Made by a program: the position numbers and the translations under genes. From Lachnospiraceae bacterium (GTDB taxonomy: Bacteria; Bacillota; Clostridia; Lachnospirales; Lachnospiraceae), in the NCBI GenBank assembly GCA_024698555.1, contig JAILRI010000219.1, positions 18,442 through 82,441 on the forward strand: a stretch of DNA of 64,000 bases, read 5' to 3'. Position 1 is the first letter of the stretch; every line of letters begins with the position of its first letter. The notes beneath the pieces are model-generated. The model was not told where the DNA came from. It did not search any database and saw only the letters and a list, made by a program, of their open reading frames with translations. Of this stretch, positions 1-10,002 are shown piece after piece.

Positions 1-2288
1 CCATCGGTAAAGGCAAAGGGGGAAAGAAGCTCTTTGAATTCCACTCCTTCATTCTGAGCCAGTTCAAGTTCCTCAACATCCGCCGGCATATTGCCCTTAT
101 CACGGCGATATATTATGAACACGCGACCGGACTTGCCTGCCTCGGTTTGAAGCATCCTGGCAGCTCTGGCGGCATCCATGGCAGTATTGCCTCCGCCAAT
201 GACAGCCGTATTCTGACCGGGATCCAGAGTGGGATCGTGACTTACTACACGCTCAAGAAATTCGATGGCGTTGATGACATTGGTTTTGCCATCTCCCGAA
301 AGATTCAATGCTCCGGCTTTACCGGCACCGACACATACTATGACATACCGGAAGCCTTCTTTTTTAAGCTCATCCAGAATATGTATCTCTTTTCCATAGA
401 CGAATCGTGCTCCCAGAGCGGCAGCAAATGCGATATCCTGAGTTATCGCTTCTCTGGGGATGCGCTGCTCGGTGATAACATGAGCTACAGTACCGCCGCC
501 GCTTTCCCGTTTGTCGTACACAACAGGCTCAAAACCGGCTCTGGCAAGGAAATGAGCCGAGGCTATACCGGCCGGTCCGGCACCTATAACAGCAACCTTA
601 ATGCCGTTGGATCTTATGCTGTGGAGCTTTATATCACCCAGATATTTTTCAAGAGCGGTGTTGGCGTTACGGGCTGCGGTCAGTTTCTTACTTCTGATAT
701 CAACAGCAGCGTCATAGAACCTGCGGGTACATCCGCCCATGCAGGGGTGAGCGCAGATCGTTCCTGTAATATTGGGCAGTGGGTTTTTCAGGATAATGAC
801 TTTAAGAGCATCAAGAAATCGTCCTTCATTAACCAGCCGCATATATGCTGTGATATCCTGACCGATAGGACAGGTATCCGAGCAGGGAGACATAAAACAG
901 TCAAATAAAGGCAGTTTTTTGGAACTTTTCCGATGGATGGCTGTTTTGACAGGTTTGGTGTGATGAGGGTCAGCTTTTGCGTGCTCAAGAAGATCTGACA
1001 GTCCATCAACATCGATCCCCTGAAAATGGTTATGGATACGCTCATAAGCCTTGTTGCTGTCAGGGCCGGAAAGCGTATCAGGGTCGAAAAGACCGGCGAT
1101 CTGAGCTATGCGATTATAACCACCCGGTTTTAATATGGTGGTAGCAAAGGTTATAGGCCATATTCCGGTACGGAAAATACTGAGAATATTGTACGCATCG
1201 GCACCTCCTGAATAGCTGATGCGTAATCTGCCGCCAAAGTCACGGGAAAGCTTTTCGGCAACCGAAAGCGACAGAGGAAGCAGCGCGCGCCCGGACATAT
1301 ACATTTCGTTGCCCGGCAGTTCGTTTCTTTTGATGTCAACCGGGAATGTATTTGTGATCTTTACTCCGAATTCAAGTCCTTCATTATCCGCAAGCGCTTG
1401 CAGACGCTTAAGCATGGGGACTGCCTTATCATACTGCAGATCATCTTCAAAATGGAAACTTCCGAACTGTACATATCCGTAACCCATTTCATCAAGTATG
1501 CAGCGCGCCTGATCGTATCCGAGCAGGGTTGGATTAAGCTTGATAAAAGTATGCAGTTTCTTTTCCGTAAGAAGATATGAGGCTATACGCTCGATGTCTT
1601 CCGCCGGACAGCCATGCAGGGTAGATAAGGTCGCTGAACGGCATATATTTGTTGAAATGCTGTCTATATCATGTAAAGTGAATTTTTTAAGAAGTCCGGT
1701 GTTAACCGCATTTATGGAAATGTTGCAGCACTCCTCCCAGATCCCGGCGCTATAGGGGGATTTTCCGGATGCACATTTAAGTCCTTCGATAAATGCGTCG
1801 ATCTTGGGAGTTTTTATCCCTTCCAGGTCATAACCCACGCTCATGTTGAAAACAAAACCGTCAGGCGAACCAAGCTCAAGTTCGACAGCCATTATCTTAC
1901 ACAGCCACCACGCCTTAACATATTCCTTATAGGCATCGGGAACGGTCAACTCAGTGGACCATTCCACATTGTAACCCTCATCTTCGGCAAGAATGCAGGG
2001 CTTGGATACCGGCAGATCCTCGCCGTCAAGCTTCTGAACAGTTTTGAGCTCGAAAAAACGGCTGCCTGCAAAGTAAGCGGCTGCGATATTCTGCGCCAGC
2101 TGAGTATTCGGACCGGCGGCAGGACCAAAGGGCATTTCCGGAGTTTCATCGAAGATATCATAAAGCGGATTGGATCTGCTTATACGATGCAGCTTTCTGA
2201 CACCGAAAACAGTATGGCTCTCTTTATATTCACATATAACCTGCTCAAGCAGTTTACTGAAAGAAACAGGACTCATTCTGTCGCTCAT
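1..2288 (-). CDS. ygfK: YgfK-family Fe-S/FAD oxidoreductase (putative selenate-reductase-like subunit); C-terminus lies beyond the window edge
   Basis: Absent from the ORF track because it has no stop inside the window. The reverse strand is open from ATG 2288-2286 (GGAGG 5 nt upstream) to base 1. My own translation gives MSDRMSPVSFSKLLEQ..., a DPD/DHOD-like ...RISYSGGA, Cys clusters DCFMSPCSDTCP and CAHPCMGGC, the Rossmann motif KVAVIGAGPAGIASAHFLA, and a second AVIGGGNTA motif. It is adjacent to ssnA, as in E. coli. Confidence 0.75.
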   Translation of the reverse strand, partial: MSDRMSPVSFSKLLEQVICEYKESHTVFGVRKLHRISRSNPLYDIFDETPEMPFGPAAGPNTQLAQNIAAAYFAGSRFFELKTVQKLDGEDLPVSKPCILAEDEGYNVEWSTELTVPDAYKEYVKAWWLCKIMAVELELGSPDGFVFNMSVGYDLEGIKTPKIDAFIEGLKCASGKSPYSAGIWEECCNISINAVNTGLLKKFTLHDIDSISTNICRSATLSTLHGCPAEDIERIASYLLTEKKLHTFIKLNPTLLGYDQARCILDEMGYGYVQFGSFHFEDDLQYDKAVPMLKRLQALADNEGLEFGVKITNTFPVDIKRNELPGNEMYMSGRALLPLSLSVAEKLSRDFGGRLRISYSGGADAYNILSIFRTGIWPITFATTILKPGGYNRIAQIAGLFDPDTLSGPDSNKAYERIHNHFQGIDVDGLSDLLEHAKADPHHTKPVKTAIHRKSSKKLPLFDCFMSPCSDTCPIGQDITAYMRLVNEGRFLDALKVIILKNPLPNITGTICAHPCMGGCTRRFYDAAVDIRSKKLTAARNANTALEKYLGDIKLHSIRSNGIKVAVIGAGPAGIASAHFLARAGFEPVVYDKRESGGGTVAHVITEQRIPREAITQDIAFAAALGARFVYGKEIHILDELKKEGFRYVIVCVGAGKAGALNLSGDGKTNVINAIEFLERVVSHDPTLDPGQNTAVIGGGNTAMDAARAARMLQTEAGKSGRVFIIYRRDKGNMPADVEELELAQNEGVEFKELLSPFAFTD

Positions 2289-2351
2289 ATAGGCCTCCTT
2301 TTGTAAGAAACATTGGCTGCGCGCACAAAACACGGGAAGAAGTGACGGCGG

Positions 2352-3689
2352 TCATCTTGAGTTGATTGCCTTCCACACGCGGCCGGAGACTTCCCTGCAA
2401 TGAGCATAGAATTCTTCCTCATCGAATCCGGGAATAATGCGATCACGCATGAGCACCCGTCCGGCACATATGGTAGATGTCACATATCGTCCGGAAACAC
2501 CGAAAAGTATATGACCGTTGATGTTTGTGCCATCCATAGGTGTAAGAGGATCATAATCGAGAGTGATGATATCGGCCGAATATCCATCTTTAAGCTTTCC
2601 TATGGGCGTTTTAAAGAAGCGTGCGGCCATACGGGCATTGTTATCGAACAGCATCCGGGGAACTTCATCCCACGCAACTGTTGGATCACAGAGATTATGT
2701 TTGTGGAGGACATTGGCCGCTTTCATGGACTCAAACATATCGTTGGTATATCCGTCGGTACCCAGACCGGTCAGAATACCCTTCGACATGATCTTCAGAG
2801 TCGGAGGACATCCTACAGCATTTCCCATGTTGGATTCGGGGTTATGAACGACCATGGTATCAGTATCACGTATCAGATCCATTTCGTGTTCGTTGATGTA
2901 AATGCAGTGTCCCAGGATCGTGTGCGGACCAAGAATGCCAAAATCGTGGAGACGGTCGGCTATTCTCTTGTGATGTTTTTTCAGGGAATCATGCAGATCC
3001 TCGATCCCTTCGGCAACATGAATATGAAATCCGCAGTCTGTGGGAGCGCTGTCTACACACTTTTCAAGTGTTTTGTCCGAAAGGGTAAACTGTGCGTGCA
3101 TCCCGAAGGTGCCTGCAAGAAGCTCCGGGTCCTGCAGATCACGGCAATGTCTGATAAAATCGACATTTTCCCTGATAGCCTGATCGCACTTATCCTGGCC
3201 ATCCCTGTCGGAGGTTTCATAGCAAAGGCATGAGCGGATGCCGTATTTGAGAGATTCTTCGCCGATGGCAAACAGACTGCCCGGGATCATCGCATAGCTG
3301 GCATGATGATCAAAGACAGTGGTGCATCCGTTCCTGATACAGTCGATGTAAGTGGCGGCGGCGCTGTAACGTGTCGCTTCAAGATCCAGATGACGATCGA
3401 GAGTCCACCACATGCCGTCAAGAATATCCAGAAAACCTTTGGGAGCATAGCCTTGGATGGATATGCCGCGTGACATGGCACTGTAGATGTGATTGTGGGC
3501 ATTGATGAGGCCGGGCATGATCAGCCCGCCCTTCGCGTCGATATGATCAGCCTGTTTGTATTTGTCACGAAGTACGGAGTATTCGCCGACCTCCACAATC
3601 AGCCTGCCGTCACAGACTACGGCTCCGTTTTCGATAAAAGGCATGTCCGGGTTGCGCGTGATAAGTCTTCCGTTACCGATAAGCAGCAT
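2352..3689 (-). CDS. ssnA: SsnA-like amidohydrolase (chlorohydrolase/aminohydrolase family)
   Basis: ORF 2352..3740. I prefer the internal ATG at 3689 (MLLIGNGRLI...) because GGAGGA lies 7 nt upstream. Metal-binding motif LINAHNHIYS, HASY and HVAEG motifs, about 445 aa. Adjacent to ygfK. Confidence 0.8.
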   Translation of the reverse strand: MLLIGNGRLITRNPDMPFIENGAVVCDGRLIVEVGEYSVLRDKYKQADHIDAKGGLIMPGLINAHNHIYSAMSRGISIQGYAPKGFLDILDGMWWTLDRHLDLEATRYSAAATYIDCIRNGCTTVFDHHASYAMIPGSLFAIGEESLKYGIRSCLCYETSDRDGQDKCDQAIRENVDFIRHCRDLQDPELLAGTFGMHAQFTLSDKTLEKCVDSAPTDCGFHIHVAEGIEDLHDSLKKHHKRIADRLHDFGILGPHTILGHCIYINEHEMDLIRDTDTMVVHNPESNMGNAVGCPPTLKIMSKGILTGLGTDGYTNDMFESMKAANVLHKHNLCDPTVAWDEVPRMLFDNNARMAARFFKTPIGKLKDGYSADIITLDYDPLTPMDGTNINGHILFGVSGRYVTSTICAGRVLMRDRIIPGFDEEEFYAHCREVSGRVWKAINSR

Positions 3690-3796
3690 AATACACTCCT
3701 CCTTAAAACTGATTATATCAGAAAAACAATGGTTTGCCAACGTGCTTTTTTTGTGTTAAGGTTATAATAAAATGATATGGATATCCGGAGATATGT

Positions 3797-5542
3797 ATGA
3801 AAAGCGTATTGAGATTTCTGAAAAAATATACAAAAGAGTCTGTGCTGGCACCGGCTTTTAAGCTTCTGGAGGCGGGAATGGATCTGCTGGTACCGATGGT
3901 AGTGGCGGCTATCATTAATACCGGTGTCGCAAATGCGGACAAAGGCTATGTTCTCCGCTGCTTTGCCCTGTTGGCTTTCCTGGCAGTGCTGGGAGTCGCG
4001 TTTTCGTTTACTGCCCAATGGTTTGCTGCCAGAGCAAGCGTGGGAGTGGCAACCGATATACGACAGGCTCTGTTTGATCACATCCAGACTTTTTCATATT
4101 CCGAACTTGACGTACTGGGAACCGATACGCTCATAACCAGGATGACGAGTGATATAAACCAGGTACAGAATGGGATAAATCTGGCTCTGAGACTGGTGCT
4201 GCGCAGCCCGTTCATTGTGTTCGGAGCCATGGTGATGGCATTTTTTATAGATGTTAAATGCGCTCTGATATTTGCCGTAGCCATCCCGGTACTTTCGGTC
4301 GTGGTATTCGGTATCATGCTGGCGTGTATGCCTTTGTACGCAAAAGCCCAGAAAACACTTGACGGGCTGCTGGGCGTCACGCGTGAAAATATGGAGGGAG
4401 TGCGGGTTATTCGCGCATTCTGTAATGAGGAACGTGAAGTACAGGAATTTGATGAAAAAAACAGCGCTCTGACCAAAACCAATGAATTTGTAGGCAGGAT
4501 ATCGGCACTTATGAATCCTGTCACGTATCTGCTGATCAACGCGGCGACCATCATACTTATCCGCAGCGGGGCGATCCGGGTGGAAATGGGTGACTTAAGG
4601 CAGGGAGACGTGGTTGCCTTATATAATTACATGGCTCAGATCATAGTAGAGCTGGTGAAGCTTGCGTCACTCATTATCACTCTGAATAAATCCATGGCAT
4701 GTGCAGGAAGGATCGGCGAGGTATTTGCGGCTGAATCCGGGATGAATTACGTCGCAAATGATGCTTTTATGGCAGGGGAAGATGCCGGAACAGCCCTTTC
4801 TTTTGAAAATGTCTCTTTTTCGTATGCCGGTTCAGGGGAGGAGACTATTAGCGGAATATCCTTTAACGCCGCAAAGGGACAGACTATCGGGGTAATAGGC
4901 GGAACGGGCTGCGGCAAGACTACACTGATAAACCTTATCCCCAGATTTTATGATGTGACCGGAGGGAGCGTCAAGGTTGACGGAATTGATGTGAGAGATT
5001 ATCCGAAGGGCGCATTGACCGGTAAGATCGGGATCGTACCACAGAAGGCTGTTCTGTTTGAAGGTACGATACGTGAAAATATGAAATGGGGTAATGAAAA
5101 CGCAACGGACAGCGAGATCAAACATGCCCTTGAAACAGCCCAGGCTCTGGAGGTGGTCGACAGTAAGGAGGACGGGCTTGAATCGCATGTGGAACCTAAC
5201 GGCAGGAATTTCTCGGGCGGTCAGAAACAGAGGCTGTGTATCGCAAGGGCGCTCGTAAAGGAACCGGAGATACTGATACTTGACGATTCATCCAGTGCTC
5301 TTGACTTTGCTACCGACTTAAAGCTTCGCAGAGCGATACATGCCCTGAGTAAAAAGATGACTGTATTTATAGTCTCACAGAGAACCGCAAGTGTCAGAAA
5401 CGCAGACCGTATACTTGTACTTGATGACGGAAAACTGGCAGGAAGCGGGACTCATGAGGAGCTCATGAAAAAGTGCGGGGTATACCGGGAGATTTATTAT
5501 TCACAGTTTCCGGATGAAGCGTCAAAGGAAAGGGAAGAATGA
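3797..5542 (+). CDS. ABC exporter subunit (TMD-NBD half transporter) with non-canonical catalytic residues
   Basis: 581 aa with six predicted TM helices. Walker A GGTGCGKTT, signature FSGGQKQR. Walker B is ILILDDSSS (Asp where the catalytic Glu is expected) and the H-loop position reads VSQR (Gln instead of His). Confidence 0.9.
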   Translation: MKSVLRFLKKYTKESVLAPAFKLLEAGMDLLVPMVVAAIINTGVANADKGYVLRCFALLAFLAVLGVAFSFTAQWFAARASVGVATDIRQALFDHIQTFSYSELDVLGTDTLITRMTSDINQVQNGINLALRLVLRSPFIVFGAMVMAFFIDVKCALIFAVAIPVLSVVVFGIMLACMPLYAKAQKTLDGLLGVTRENMEGVRVIRAFCNEEREVQEFDEKNSALTKTNEFVGRISALMNPVTYLLINAATIILIRSGAIRVEMGDLRQGDVVALYNYMAQIIVELVKLASLIITLNKSMACAGRIGEVFAAESGMNYVANDAFMAGEDAGTALSFENVSFSYAGSGEETISGISFNAAKGQTIGVIGGTGCGKTTLINLIPRFYDVTGGSVKVDGIDVRDYPKGALTGKIGIVPQKAVLFEGTIRENMKWGNENATDSEIKHALETAQALEVVDSKEDGLESHVEPNGRNFSGGQKQRLCIARALVKEPEILILDDSSSALDFATDLKLRRAIHALSKKMTVFIVSQRTASVRNADRILVLDDGKLAGSGTHEELMKKCGVYREIYYSQFPDEASKEREE

Positions 5543-5543
5543 C

Positions 5544-7319
5544 ATGAGTGGATCTGGCAAAACCGTTAAAAATAAGCTTCCGGCAGGAAGCGGTAAGGTG
5601 CTTAAAAAGGTTCTTAAAGTGATCGGCGGACATAAGCTGCTGGTAGTGCTAAGTATGATATTTGCGGCGGCCTCGGTTGTGATGCAGCTGTATGTGCCGA
5701 TGCTGTTCGGAGACGCAATAGATGAGATCAAAGACAACGGACATATCGATCTTACGGCATTGGGAGGATATCTGACAGAGATACTCATACTTACGGCGGC
5801 TTCGGCTGTTATCATCTGGGTCATGAATCTGATCAATAACAGACTTGCGTTCAGAACCGTGCAGGATATCAGGTCAAAAGCCATAAGACAGCTTCAGGAG
5901 CTGCCGCTGTCCTATCTGGATCGCTGCAGTACAGGTGATATCGTACAAAGAGTCATAGCTGATACGGATCAGCTCGCCGATGGTCTTCTGCTTGGATTTA
6001 ACCAGCTTTTTTCGGGAATTGTGACTATAATCGTGACTCTTGTTTTCATGCTTTCAAAGAATGTGTTCATTACATTGATGGTGCTGGTCATGACTCCTGT
6101 AAGCTTTCTGGTAGCCAGGTTCATTTCGGACCGTACTTACAGCATGTTCGGGAAACAGACAAAAACAAGAGGACAGCAGACTGCGCTGATAAACGAGATC
6201 ATAGCCAATCAGAAGGTAGTAAAGGCTTTCGGCTGCGAGCAGAAGGTTTCGGACCGGTTTAAGAACATAAATGAGGAATTGAAGAATTATTCACAAAGCG
6301 CCGTGTTCTTCAGCTCTCTGACCAATCCTTCCACCAGAGCCGTAAACAATGTTATTTATGCTCTGGTTGCATTGGTCGGAGCGTTTCGTATCATGGCAGG
6401 GCGATTAAGCGTCGGGGGACTGACGGTTTTGCTCTCATATTCCAATCAGTATATGAAACCTTTCAATGATATCAGCTCTGTCATTACGGAGCTTACCAAT
6501 GCGCTGGCCTGCGCGAATCGTGTTTTTGAACTCATAGAGGCTGAACCTCAGATAAGGGAACAGGACACGGTGATGATGATATCAGACGGCCTGGTAGACA
6601 TTGAACATGTGGATTTCTCGTATGTTAAGGACAAGCCCCTGATCGAGGATTTCAATTTCAGGGCGTTACCGGGAACCACAACAGCCATAGTAGGCCCCAC
6701 CGGCTGCGGCAAGACCACATTTATCAATCTGCTGATGCGTTTTTACGATGTGGATAAGGGATGTATAAGCGTAGACGGACAGGATATCAGAAGCGTTACC
6801 AGACATTCACTGAGGGGAATGTATGGCATGGTTCTTCAGGAAACCTGGCTGAAAAACGGGACGGTAAGAGACAATATCGCATTCGGAAAGCCTGAAGCCA
6901 CGGACGAAGAGATCATACGCGCCGCTAAGGATTCACACTGCTGGGAATTCATACGTAGGATGCCTGAAGGACTGGATACTGTCGTACGCGATGATTCGCT
7001 CAGCCAGGGACAGAAGCAGCTCTTATGCATAGCGAGGGTCATGCTGGCAGAACCGCCCATGCTCATACTTGACGAGGCTACTTCCAGTATCGATACACGT
7101 ACCGAACTGATGATACAGGAGGCTTTTGCCAAACTGATGAAGGGTCGGACCAGCTTTATTGTCGCCCACAGGCTGTCTACCATACACAGCGCGGACAGTA
7201 TTCTGGTCATGAAAGCAGGCAGGATCATGGAACAGGGCGATCATACTTCGCTTATGCAGAAAGGCGGTTTCTATACGGATCTTTACAACTCGCAGTTCGC
7301 CGGAGTGAAAGCCGGGTGA
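5544..7319 (+). CDS. ABC exporter subunit (TMD-NBD half transporter), consensus NBD with degenerate signature
   Basis: ORF 5514..7319. ATG 5544 directly follows the stop of the upstream gene and GGAAAGGGAAG. Walker A GPTGCGKTT, Walker B MLILDEATS, H-loop AHRL, signature LSQGQKQ (not LSGGQ). Confidence 0.9.
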   Translation: MSGSGKTVKNKLPAGSGKVLKKVLKVIGGHKLLVVLSMIFAAASVVMQLYVPMLFGDAIDEIKDNGHIDLTALGGYLTEILILTAASAVIIWVMNLINNRLAFRTVQDIRSKAIRQLQELPLSYLDRCSTGDIVQRVIADTDQLADGLLLGFNQLFSGIVTIIVTLVFMLSKNVFITLMVLVMTPVSFLVARFISDRTYSMFGKQTKTRGQQTALINEIIANQKVVKAFGCEQKVSDRFKNINEELKNYSQSAVFFSSLTNPSTRAVNNVIYALVALVGAFRIMAGRLSVGGLTVLLSYSNQYMKPFNDISSVITELTNALACANRVFELIEAEPQIREQDTVMMISDGLVDIEHVDFSYVKDKPLIEDFNFRALPGTTTAIVGPTGCGKTTFINLLMRFYDVDKGCISVDGQDIRSVTRHSLRGMYGMVLQETWLKNGTVRDNIAFGKPEATDEEIIRAAKDSHCWEFIRRMPEGLDTVVRDDSLSQGQKQLLCIARVMLAEPPMLILDEATSSIDTRTELMIQEAFAKLMKGRTSFIVAHRLSTIHSADSILVMKAGRIMEQGDHTSLMQKGGFYTDLYNSQFAGVKAG

Positions 7320-7330
7320 ATGGAATTCTA

Positions 7331-7359
7331 TTGATATTTATCTGTTTTTGTGCTATAAT
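7331..7359 (+). promoter_or_regulatory. sigma-70/SigA-type promoter of the signalling operon
   Basis: TTGATA (7331-7336), 17-nt spacer, TATAAT (7354-7359), about 90 nt upstream of the ATG at 7449. Confidence 0.55.
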
Positions 7360-7448
7360 ACAGAGGGATTTTGTGAGTTTGAGACAGGCCTGTTCGGGCG
7401 ATATGGATTCAAGAATGACGATCCGTTTTTTACAGAGGAGAATAACTG

Positions 7449-9971
7449 ATGGGTGGTATCATCGCGGCATCTGATATTGTCGGTGGGATATTTATGATTA
7501 TGATCCTGGCGGCGCTGTTGCAGCAGAAACAGACGAACAGCAGCAGAAGCAGGTTTTATATACTGCTGCTGATTTCGGATATAACCGGACTCTTTTTAGA
7601 CGCAGCCAGCTACTGTCTTGAATGCTTCGCCTGCGACAGCACGCTGCTTATAGTCACTAATTCACTCACATTTATCCTGACAAACGTCTGCATCGTGTTT
7701 TTTGCGTTTTATGTAATCTCATTTATACGTGAGAAATGGGATGTGTCATATCTGAATGCTTATATTGTGATAGGTATCGCAGTCATCAATACGCTTCTGG
7801 TCATTATCGGAGTATATACCGGTAATCTGTTTACGGTCAAAGACGGAAGATATATCTACGGAGAGTGGCGAAACTATATCAGCGTTATACCTGTTCTGAT
7901 CATTGTATGGTTCTTCATGTTTACGTTCAGCGGGATCAAAAAACTTGGAAAAAAGCAGGCGTTGCTGCTCAGTACATTTTTGATATTTCCGTTAGTGATG
8001 GCCGGATTATTGTTGTTTTTACCGCATTGCGATTTTTCATACCTCGCGATTGCCTTGTCATGTTTTCTTATTTTCATTTTCATACAGAACGAAGTGCTTA
8101 ACGAAGCCCGGAGCAGGCAGCATGTCTCTGACGAAGCTGACAAGGTTAAGACGCTGTTCCTTTCGAGCATGTCGCATGAGATCAGAACCCCTATAAACAC
8201 CGTGCTCGGAATGGACGAGATGATCTTAAGGGAGAGCAATGACGCTGCAGTCAGGGAATACGCCATGGATATCTGGGAAGCTTCACAGACACTGCTTTCC
8301 ATCATAAACGATATACTTGATCTGGGTAAGATAAAATCCGGCAGGATGGAAATAGTGCCTGAAGCATATGACGTATCCAGCATGATATTCGATATATCAA
8401 ATATGATCAGGTTCTGGGCCGAAGAAAAAGGCCTGTATGTGGATGTCAGCGTATCTGATGATATTCCTTCGAGATTGCTTGGAGATGACGTCAGGATCAG
8501 ACAGATCCTGGTGAATCTGCTCACCAACGCGATAAAATATACCCCGAAGGGAACAGTATGGCTCAGGATAGTTTTGAAAACCGACAGTAAGGATATTACA
8601 GCTGCCGGTGATGAGGTGATCCTTCATTTTGAAGTTGAAGACACCGGAATCGGAATGAAGACTGAAGATGTAAACAGGCTGTTTTCAGAGTACCGGAAGA
8701 TCGACGATGACCACGATATCAACTCGGAGAGTACCGGACTGGGCATGCCGATCACTTTGAAGCTCCTTAATATGATGGGATCGGAGCTTGAGGTGAAAAG
8801 TGAATACGGACGCGGCTCGGTCTTTGGCTTTGATCTGAAACAGAAGGTTATCGACAAGGCGCCCGTAGGTGACTTCGAAAAGAACATCAAGAATCTGATG
8901 AATACCAAATCAGGATATACCGGATCATTCGAGGCTCCTGATGCGCATATACTGGTCGTTGATGACAATGCGATGAACCGCAAGGTGTTTGTTTCACTTA
9001 TTAAATCTACCCGGATCATGATAACAGAAGCAGCGGACGGGCAGGAAGCAGTTGATCTGGCGTCAAAGCAGCATTATGACATTATTTTTATGGATCATAT
9101 GATGCCCGGGATGGATGGAGTTGAAGCCATGAAAAGGATAAAGGCTGAGGCTGACGGTCCATGTGTGGATACTCCGATCATTGTGCTTACAGCCAATGCT
9201 GTGGCAGGGGTAAAGGAAAAATACGATGAGTACGGTTTTGACGGGTATATGTCCAAGCCTGTCGCTGCCGACACTCTTGAAAAGATCATAAAGGACAGGC
9301 TCCCGGCTGATATGATACGGCCTGTCACGGATCGGAAAGCGGCACCTGAACCCGCTGCCAGCAAAAGTGCTGATAACGAGGAGTTCCCCGTTATCTTCGG
9401 CATCGACTGGAAGATGGCTATGATGCGGCTGCAGAGCAGGAAAATTCTTGATATGGTGTTAAAGGAATTTGAAATGACCATCGGGCAGCAGGCGGACAAG
9501 CTGCAGGGCTATCGCAAAGATTTCCCTGAAGCGCTGGAGAGCTACAAGATACTGGTACACGGCTTAAAAAGCGCATCTGCTTCGGTTGGCATCATTCCGC
9601 TGGCAGGAACGGCTGCTTTGCTGGAAAAAGCTGCCGCCAATAATGATGTGGACACGATAGACCGTCTTCATGAGGTATTTATCAAAGAGTGCAGAAATTA
9701 TAAGCTCAGGCTCCGCGAATATCTGCATTTGGAAGATGAGGAAGAGGACAAGGATGAGATCAACAATGTGATCTTAAGAGCACTCTTAAGGATGCTCGCA
9801 TCGGCCATGGCAGATATGGATATAGAAAAAGCAGACGGAGTGATAGAAAAGATGTCTTCATATAAGCTTCCGGATAAGGTTTCAGCAGAATTCGACAATT
9901 TGAAGGCAGCCGTTTCGCAGCTGGATCAGGATATGGTTACGGAAATACTGTCAAGAATTGAAAAATCCTGA
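7449..9971 (+). CDS. Hybrid sensor histidine kinase: 7TM sensor, HisKA, HATPase, REC, Hpt
   Basis: 840 aa. About seven N-terminal TM helices. H-box SHEIRTPINT. N/G boxes NLLTNAIKYT, DTGIGM, GTGLGM. Receiver ILVVDDN...FMDHMMPGMDG...LTANA...SKPV. Hpt LVHGLKSASASVG. RBS GAGGAG. Confidence 0.9.
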   Translation: MGGIIAASDIVGGIFMIMILAALLQQKQTNSSRSRFYILLLISDITGLFLDAASYCLECFACDSTLLIVTNSLTFILTNVCIVFFAFYVISFIREKWDVSYLNAYIVIGIAVINTLLVIIGVYTGNLFTVKDGRYIYGEWRNYISVIPVLIIVWFFMFTFSGIKKLGKKQALLLSTFLIFPLVMAGLLLFLPHCDFSYLAIALSCFLIFIFIQNEVLNEARSRQHVSDEADKVKTLFLSSMSHEIRTPINTVLGMDEMILRESNDAAVREYAMDIWEASQTLLSIINDILDLGKIKSGRMEIVPEAYDVSSMIFDISNMIRFWAEEKGLYVDVSVSDDIPSRLLGDDVRIRQILVNLLTNAIKYTPKGTVWLRIVLKTDSKDITAAGDEVILHFEVEDTGIGMKTEDVNRLFSEYRKIDDDHDINSESTGLGMPITLKLLNMMGSELEVKSEYGRGSVFGFDLKQKVIDKAPVGDFEKNIKNLMNTKSGYTGSFEAPDAHILVVDDNAMNRKVFVSLIKSTRIMITEAADGQEAVDLASKQHYDIIFMDHMMPGMDGVEAMKRIKAEADGPCVDTPIIVLTANAVAGVKEKYDEYGFDGYMSKPVAADTLEKIIKDRLPADMIRPVTDRKAAPEPAASKSADNEEFPVIFGIDWKMAMMRLQSRKILDMVLKEFEMTIGQQADKLQGYRKDFPEALESYKILVHGLKSASASVGIIPLAGTAALLEKAAANNDVDTIDRLHEVFIKECRNYKLRLREYLHLEDEEEDKDEINNVILRALLRMLASAMADMDIEKADGVIEKMSSYKLPDKVSAEFDNLKAAVSQLDQDMVTEILSRIEKS

Positions 9972-10002
9972 AAACTGTGTTTCAATATCATGATAAATAT
10001 TT

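Noticed and set aside
147-908. 253-aa forward ORF at the left edge.
   Set aside because: It is antisense to the ygfK reading frame, which carries clear Rossmann and Fe-S motifs. The forward translation has no recognisable motifs and is Ser/Gly-rich, typical of a shadow ORF.
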